The notes beneath the pieces were generated by a model, which saw only the letters and a list, made by a program, of their open reading frames with translations, was not told the DNA's origin and ran no database searches. A program made the translations under genes and the position numbers. DNA of 36,021 nucleotides, from the NCBI GenBank assembly GCA_034420915.1, contig DAOUKW010000077.1:1-36021 (forward strand), read 5' to 3'. The stretch comes from Dehalococcoidia bacterium. Its GTDB lineage: Bacteria > Chloroflexota > Dehalococcoidia > UBA6926. This document shows, one piece after another, positions 30,737 through 36,021 of the stretch (positions are counted from its first letter, which is position 1; the number at the start of each line of letters is the position of its first letter).

Positions 30737-30922
30737 CTACGCGCTGCCAGAATCCGATTCGTCTTTTTCGTCTTGCCCGGAGTCCTTGAGGGCATCGATC
30801 TGGGAGCGGATATCGGCCTGCCGTCTTGCCATGTAGTAGAGATAGGCGAAAAACACAATCCACACTGCAGCATAGGCCACGAAAACAAAGATCGGACTGA
30901 AGTCGCCGAATTCGTTCTCCAC
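30737..30922 (-). CDS. ccmD: CcmD-like small heme exporter subunit
   Basis: 61 aa with a single TM followed by basic and then acidic residues (FFAYLYYMARRQADIRSQ). Located directly after ccmC. Confidence 0.6.
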   Translation of the reverse strand: MENEFGDFSPIFVFVAYAAVWIVFFAYLYYMARRQADIRSQIDALKDSGQDEKDESDSGSA

Positions 30923-30938
30923 GTCTTACTGTTCCTCC

Positions 30939-31640
30939 CTAGGAGACCTCGTGCGCCGCTCGCAGTTCGTTCAGTTCACGCTGTGATTCCTCAACGCGCA
31001 TGCGGAATGACATCAGGTAAACGTACAGGAGCGTGAATGCCAGCATCCCGAACAGGAAAGGCACTAATATCGAGCCTTCCGGCCTGTCAGTCGACGATTG
31101 CAGCGTTGGCACAGGATGAAGGATGTTCGTCCACAACCAGATGGAGAAGTAGGAGAGGGGCACACTGACGAAGCCCAGTATGCCGATAACCGCCGCTGAG
31201 CGGTATGTCCCGGGGCCGCGTTCACCAAGTGATCGGAACATCAGGTAGGCAATGTAGACGAGCCACATGACCAAAGATGTGACCAGCCGCGCGTCTGACC
31301 AGTCCCACCACGCGCCCCACACCGGCCGTCCCCAGATCGAACCCGTTGCCAGCATGAGTGTGGTGAAGAGTACGCCCAACTCCGCCGACGCGAGAGCAAC
31401 CCGGTCCCAGCGTTCCGTCCGCTTCCAGACATACATGATGCTGGCGAATGCGACCACGGCGAATGCCAGATAACCCACCAGAGCTGTCGGCACATGGATG
31501 TAGAAGATCTTCTGGTGAATGCCCTGTACGCGCTCGATCGGCGACTCGACTATGGCGAGATAAAGGGCAATAAGCATGGCCAGAAAAGCGGCTATGCCAA
31601 TGGCGTCGGTAACTGTGAATCGTCGACCGGTGAGGCTCAC
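30939..31640 (-). CDS. ccmC: Heme exporter/lyase component CcmC
   Basis: WGRPVWGAWWDWSDARLVTSL (WWD motif), 6 TM, 4-nt overlap with ccmB. Confidence 0.9.
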   Translation of the reverse strand: MSLTGRRFTVTDAIGIAAFLAMLIALYLAIVESPIERVQGIHQKIFYIHVPTALVGYLAFAVVAFASIMYVWKRTERWDRVALASAELGVLFTTLMLATGSIWGRPVWGAWWDWSDARLVTSLVMWLVYIAYLMFRSLGERGPGTYRSAAVIGILGFVSVPLSYFSIWLWTNILHPVPTLQSSTDRPEGSILVPFLFGMLAFTLLYVYLMSFRMRVEESQRELNELRAAHEVS

Positions 31641-32350
31641 TTTTCAACCGTAACATAGAAGAGGAGCGAGGACACGAAGAGGAAAACAATGTCGTATGCC
31701 GCCAGGATGGCCAGCCAGGGTTGTATGTCCTCCCACGGTCCGTTGTCGATGGCGAGCGCCGTAGCGCGCACGGCCCCAATGATGACCGGCACAAGCAGGG
31801 GCAGCAGCATGATCGGCAGCAGCGCCTCGCGCGCCCGGGACCGCGCGCTAATCGCGGCCAGGATCGTCCCCACACTTGCGATTCCGATGTTGCCAAGCAG
31901 CAGCGTCAGGAGCAAAGTCGGCTGGAAAAGCTGCAGGTTGAACAGGATCGCCGCCAAGGGAATAATGACGGCCTCCAGCGCCAGCAGCAGGATGACGTTG
32001 GCCGCCATCTTGGCCAGATAGAGCGCTCCCGGGTCGATAGGGCTCGCAAGCAGACCGTCCAGAGAGCCGCGCTCTGCTTCCCGCGCAAAAGAGCGGCCCA
32101 GCGCGAGCAGGCTGGCAAAGATGATTGCCACCCACAGGACGCCGGGCGCAACGAGATTAAGCGTGCCGCCGCGCAGGTCGAACGAGAATTGAAATGCGAT
32201 AAGCGCCGCGGCGGCGAAGACGGCCATCGGGATGGCGGTCTCGCGTGATCTGAACTCAACGGTGATTTCCTTGGCCAGCAGGATCTGTATCTGGCCCAGG
32301 TAGCCGGGGGGCGAGGCTTGTTGAGGTTGTTGCATGGGAACTTGCCTCAA
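31637..32350 (-). CDS. ccmB: Heme exporter membrane subunit CcmB
   Basis: GVLWVAIIFASLLALGRSFAREAERGSLDGLL closely parallels the E. coli CcmB segment as I recall it. 6 TM. Confidence 0.85.
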   Translation of the reverse strand: MRQVPMQQPQQASPPGYLGQIQILLAKEITVEFRSRETAIPMAVFAAAALIAFQFSFDLRGGTLNLVAPGVLWVAIIFASLLALGRSFAREAERGSLDGLLASPIDPGALYLAKMAANVILLLALEAVIIPLAAILFNLQLFQPTLLLTLLLGNIGIASVGTILAAISARSRAREALLPIMLLPLLVPVIIGAVRATALAIDNGPWEDIQPWLAILAAYDIVFLFVSSLLFYVTVEK

Positions 32351-33099
32351 CGTGCCCGTGAACCGAGGAGGCTGATCACCTCGTCTCGCCGACGGTCGGC
32401 ATTTGCTGCCTGCTCACCAAGCGAGACGGAGTCATGGATGATCTCCCCGCCTCGCAGCACGATATCGCGTGTCGTCAACCCAACGCCCATTTTGACGTTG
32501 TGCGTCGCCAGGACGACCGTCACGCCTGCCCCTTGCTCCGTGATGTGTTGAGCAAGCATTTCCCGGGAGGTGGCATCGAGGCCCGTTTCCGGCTCGTCCA
32601 GCAGCAACAGGGGCGGATAATGGATCAACGCCCGCATCAGGGACACGCGCTGCGTCATCCCGCGCGACAGCGTTCGCACCGGGTCGACACGCCGCCCTGA
32701 CAGGCCAAACTCGGAAATGAGCGCGTCCGCCCGTGCCTGAGGGTCCACCACGCCGTAAAGCCTGCCGTACAGCGCCAGGTTTTCCCGCGCGGACAGCTCT
32801 TCATACAGGTGGCTTTGGTGGCTGAGCGTGCCGATCTGCGCTCGCGCGCGAGCTCCCTCACCGCCCCACGGCTGCGTTCCGAATACGCGGATACCGCCCC
32901 CACTTGGTCGCAGGAGACCTGAAATGAGTTGGAGGAGAGTGGACTTTCCGGCTCCGTTGTCCCCGAACAGGGCGATGCGTTCACCGATGTTGATCGTCAG
33001 ATCCAGATTCCGAATCGCTGGGCGTTGTCCGTATGACTTCTCCAGACCGGCGCATCGCACGACGGCCTGTGGCGAGGAACTGGCACGCTCGGCGGTCAT
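32347..33099 (-). CDS. ccmA: Heme exporter ABC ATPase CcmA
   Basis: Walker A GDNGAGKST, signature LSRGMTQR, Walker B LLLLDEPETGLD. Confidence 0.85.
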   Translation of the reverse strand: MTAERASSSPQAVVRCAGLEKSYGQRPAIRNLDLTINIGERIALFGDNGAGKSTLLQLISGLLRPSGGGIRVFGTQPWGGEGARARAQIGTLSHQSHLYEELSARENLALYGRLYGVVDPQARADALISEFGLSGRRVDPVRTLSRGMTQRVSLMRALIHYPPLLLLDEPETGLDATSREMLAQHITEQGAGVTVVLATHNVKMGVGLTTRDIVLRGGEIIHDSVSLGEQAANADRRRDEVISLLGSRAR

Positions 33100-34334
33100 T
33101 GCCCTCGTTCCTCCTCAAATATTCGGCGCAGGCGTTCACGGTGAGGCGCGGAGGCCTCTTCATATTCATCCTCGGAAATATCGCCCGCCTCTCGCGCGTC
33201 CTCCAGTCGTGCCAATTCCGCAACGGCGGCATCGCGTTGAGATTGTGCCAACTCTCGATCGGCCAGAGAGAGTGCCGGGTCACGCCTCCGATTTCGGAAT
33301 CGCCCCCACCAGAGCGCAAAACCTGCCGCCATGATAAGCGCGACCGCAACGACCCCAAGCGCTGCGTCGCGCAGTGTTCGCTCAAGGCTGCGGCTCCGTG
33401 CCCCGGCGCTTAGAGGAAGGTCAGCGACAGTGCCGCTGAGAGTTTCGCCTGCGATGATTGACCTCATTTCATAGCGAGCATACGTCACGCCTGATACCTC
33501 TGAGTCCTCCATCTGCACCCATTCCGAGCCGGGGCGGAACGAGATCTCCTTTGGGACCAGCAGGCGGGCAATTTCAGTGGGGTAGGGATAGTCTTTGCTC
33601 CAGGCGAAAACGTCGGTTGTATACAGCAGCCCGTACGTAACGATGTATTCCTCAATGCCCGGCATGAGAGGAATGATGGAATACACGTCCCTGCTGTCCG
33701 GCGCGAGCACGAGGCTGCCGGGGCTGTGAACGGACTCAAGATCGAAAGCCATAACCGGCAAAGGCAGCTGAACGGTAAGCCGCGTATTGAGAGGATCATT
33801 GCCCACGTAGGCGCGGTCGCTCGTGTTCTCGAAAGTAGTCACTTGAAGGATGCGCAGCACGCCGGAATCCCCTTCGGGCGGTGTGATGGCGGAACTGTCC
33901 CCGGTGATGTGAATCACGGACGGATCGGACGTGGGCTCAAAGATTGTGAGGTGAATCGGCCCATCGCGGTCGATTGTGGAGATGTATGCGTCACTGAAAA
34001 AACGGACTTCATTGTAGGCCGCTGAGAGAGTGTAGCTGACCTCCTCGTCGGCGATTACTCCGCCGAATGCCACGCCTCCGCTCGCGTCGGTCTCTGCCTC
34101 AAGCCGCTGAAGCTCATTGCTGCCAAGGTCAAATACCTGGAGCGTGACGATTAGCCCCTCCGGCACCGACGCCCCCGCCGTGCCGTTCCTGACCTCGGCT
34201 TCAAGGGTGATCGGCGCGTCTGAGGTGAGTGTTTGCTGGGTAGTTTCCTGCGCAGCAACAGACGAAAGCCCCACCAACAGCGCGGTTAGCGCCCCCACCG
34301 TTATTCCCGCGAAAGCGGGAATCCGGCTTCTCAT
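33096..34334 (-). CDS. Uncharacterised bitopic protein embedded in the ccm operon (signal peptide, beta-rich ectodomain, C-terminal TM, cytoplasmic CcmI-like helical motif)
   Basis: ATGA overlap at both ends (34331..34334 and 33096..33099). Hydrophobic N-terminus and a late TM (AALGVVAVALIMAAGFALWW). The tail LARLEDAREAGDISEDEYEE resembles the motif in 34331..34681. Confidence 0.7.
   Translation of the reverse strand: MRSRIPAFAGITVGALTALLVGLSSVAAQETTQQTLTSDAPITLEAEVRNGTAGASVPEGLIVTLQVFDLGSNELQRLEAETDASGGVAFGGVIADEEVSYTLSAAYNEVRFFSDAYISTIDRDGPIHLTIFEPTSDPSVIHITGDSSAITPPEGDSGVLRILQVTTFENTSDRAYVGNDPLNTRLTVQLPLPVMAFDLESVHSPGSLVLAPDSRDVYSIIPLMPGIEEYIVTYGLLYTTDVFAWSKDYPYPTEIARLLVPKEISFRPGSEWVQMEDSEVSGVTYARYEMRSIIAGETLSGTVADLPLSAGARSRSLERTLRDAALGVVAVALIMAAGFALWWGRFRNRRRDPALSLADRELAQSQRDAAVAELARLEDAREAGDISEDEYEEASAPHRERLRRIFEEERGQ
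34303..34322. repeat. REP-like palindromic element, copy D, inside coding sequence
   Basis: ATTCCCGCgaaaGCGGGAAT + CCGG. On the minus strand it encodes residues 5-11 (IPAFAGI) of the 33096..34334 protein. Confidence 0.85.
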
Positions 34335-34681
34335 TCCTGCCGCCGTTCCCGGCTCAATTGCACAGCGCGCTCGATTTCCTCATCGAGGATGAGTTCCCGG
34401 CCCTCTATCTCACGAATCAGGTCGGCGGCGCGGCGCACCAACAGAACTCTCGCGAGGCGGTGGTCACTCTCGGAAACGTTGCCGCGCTCCAGTTCGTCAT
34501 CCAGGTCCATGATGGCCGTCAGCGCCTCGTTGCGCGCCTCCCTCATGCGTCCCAGGTCGGAGAGTTCGTCCGCCGCGCCCGTACCGTCATCCGCGCCGCG
34601 CGCTCGGATAAGGGGAAAAGCTATTCCCACGACCGTCACAACGACAGCCAGCAGGGTCAGTCCGACGGGAACCAGATCCAC
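34331..34681 (-). CDS. Small membrane protein resembling the N-terminal (TM + cytoplasmic loop) module of CcmI/CycH
   Basis: GTG start 6 nt after GAGG. N-terminal TM, then LDDELERGNVSESDHRLARVLLVRR, similar to the L..D...G.I...E......RRLL loop motif I recall from CcmI/CycH. Confidence 0.5.
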   Translation of the reverse strand: MDLVPVGLTLLAVVVTVVGIAFPLIRARGADDGTGAADELSDLGRMREARNEALTAIMDLDDELERGNVSESDHRLARVLLVRRAADLIREIEGRELILDEEIERAVQLSRERRQE

Positions 34682-34688
34682 CCGCGCC

Positions 34689-35249
34689 TCAATCCGTGTT
34701 TCTCGTCATGCGCCCGATTTCTCGCGCAACGATCTCATCGTCGTCCGCGGTCGAGCGTGGGGTGGGTCGTGCCGCTTGGGGCTGCGGTTGTGCTCTGCCG
34801 CCGCTGCGGATGCCGAAGATGACAATCAGGAGTCCAAAGATCGCAATGATGGGCGGCGCGAGCCAGACGCCCCACCCGATGCCCTCCGGACGCGGCTCCC
34901 GCAGTACTTCGGCGCCATAACGCTCGACGAAGAAGTCCAATATCTCTTCTTCCGTCACGCCGTCATCTACCTGTTGTTGTACGTTGGCTTTCATTTGGCG
35001 TGCTATTGTCGCGTTTGATTCGGTGATTGGTTGGCCGTCGCAGACAGGACATTGGAGCTTCTGCGCTATCGCGCGGGCCTGCGGGGAGAGCGCCAACAGT
35101 TCAAGTTCCTGCCGTGAAAACTCGCCGGAGTCACTGTCCTGAGCGAGCGTCACAGAGGGCATCATCAACAGGATCAAGAGGCTCAGCGCGACGGCGAGCG
35201 CATAGATGCCGGCACGCAGGATTCTTTGGCGTGATTTCAGTTGAGGCAT
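34689..35249 (-). CDS. ccmH: Cytochrome c maturation thiol-oxidoreductase component CcmH
   Basis: LQCPVCDGQPITESNATIARQMK...GVTEEEILDFFVERYGAEVL, plus a C-terminal TM. Confidence 0.85.
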   Translation of the reverse strand: MPQLKSRQRILRAGIYALAVALSLLILLMMPSVTLAQDSDSGEFSRQELELLALSPQARAIAQKLQCPVCDGQPITESNATIARQMKANVQQQVDDGVTEEEILDFFVERYGAEVLREPRPEGIGWGVWLAPPIIAIFGLLIVIFGIRSGGRAQPQPQAARPTPRSTADDDEIVAREIGRMTRNTD

Positions 35250-35271
35250 AACGATCTCCGGCGGCCTCCGT

Positions 35272-36021
35272 TCAGGGCCGCCGTGGGGCGGTACTTCCCG
35301 CAGAACCCAGCGGCTCCCAAACTGGTCGCACCGCCGGGACGCGTCCCGGCCACGCCGTGATGAGCAGGGCCAGGAAGATCATCACACTTCCTGTCCACAC
35401 AAGAGTCATCAATGGGTTGATGAAGATGGCGAACGTCGCGGACTCATCGTCAAATCCCGCCTGGAAAACATAAAGGTCATGCCGCCATGTGGAGAAAACC
35501 GCCACCCTGTTCGTCGGCTGCGTCTCAAAGTTGGGATAGACCTGCGTCTTGGGGAAGAGCTGCCCGACAGCTATGCCGTCCTCCTCTACGATCAACTGTG
35601 AACTGAATACCTGCCGGTTCGGCTCCTGTATCGACGCCGTCCCCGCGTATGTGATGGTGTAGTCGTCGATGGTCACGGATTCCCCGCGCAGCAGGTTTAC
35701 TTCAGTCGCGGACTGAAACGCTGTTGAGGCAATGAGACCGATGCCAAGCACGACGATGGCAACGTGGACGAGGTATCCGCCGTAACGGCGGCGGTCGCGG
35801 GAGACGAGGCCCGTGACGGCAGACGGGTAGGACTCTCGTGTTGTGCCCCGTCGTATGCGAATGCCGCGAGCGTATTCCTGCGCCACGGTTGCCAGGACGA
35901 AAGCGCATGCGCCGAACGCGATGGGAGTTATAACGTCGCGCAGCAACGGCGCAAGGAGTGCTGCCGTCACCGCGCCAACTGCTATAGAAATCCGTAGACT
36001 TCGCCACAGGGATTGACCGGT
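35272..36021 (-). CDS. ccmF: Cytochrome c heme lyase CcmF, C-terminal part (5' end outside the window)
   Basis: The frame stays open upstream of the track's GVTAALL start to nt 36021 (..TGQSLWRSLRISIAVGA..). RRRYGGYLVHVAIVVLGIG...RHDLYVF...INPLMTLVWTGSVMIFLA parallels the E. coli CcmF C-terminus. Confidence 0.85.
   Translation of the reverse strand, partial: TGQSLWRSLRISIAVGAVTAALLAPLLRDVITPIAFGACAFVLATVAQEYARGIRIRRGTTRESYPSAVTGLVSRDRRRYGGYLVHVAIVVLGIGLIASTAFQSATEVNLLRGESVTIDDYTITYAGTASIQEPNRQVFSSQLIVEEDGIAVGQLFPKTQVYPNFETQPTNRVAVFSTWRHDLYVFQAGFDDESATFAIFINPLMTLVWTGSVMIFLALLITAWPGRVPAVRPVWEPLGSAGSTAPRRP

Overview
High-GC bacterial chromosomal segment. Gene content and repeat families suggest an aerobic, possibly Chloroflexota-like organism, but the taxon is inference only. 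All domain calls come from motifs read by eye, with no database search. The window has two parts. (1) nt 1-15.5 kb looks accessory. It holds a cytoplasmic sensor kinase fused to a complete OmpR-type response regulator, followed by two very large, translationally coupled secreted proteins made of plant-specific-type 24-residue leucine-rich repeats. A convergent lipoprotein fuses 2 CARDB-like domains, an HExxH metallopeptidase and the same LRR module. A paralogous metallopeptidase lipoprotein on the minus strand at nt 1-1383 is missing from the ORF track because it runs off the window. A small membrane protein and a NarL/LuxR-type two-component pair complete the block. An 88-nt direct repeat brackets the peptidase-LRR gene and the small membrane gene. 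I consider this LRR/peptidase/regulator block the best candidate for an undescribed system (surface recognition coupled to proteolysis). (2) nt 15.7-36 kb is mostly housekeeping: tRNA-Arg(CCG), a cation/H+ antiporter, YraN, two FmdB-type zinc-ribbon proteins, a cytoplasmic trypsin-like protease, glyQS, an Mre11/SbcD-GNAT fusion, a MoaD-MoaE fusion, a caa3-type cytochrome oxidase operon (ctaC-D-E-F, ctaG, fused ctaA-ctaB) and a System I cytochrome c maturation operon (ccmF-H-...-A-B-C-D) carrying two extra uncharacterised genes. Four copies of a palindromic REP-like element (ATTCCCGCnnnnGCGGGAAT) sit at gene ends, one of them inside coding sequence. No CRISPR, transposase or integrase was seen.
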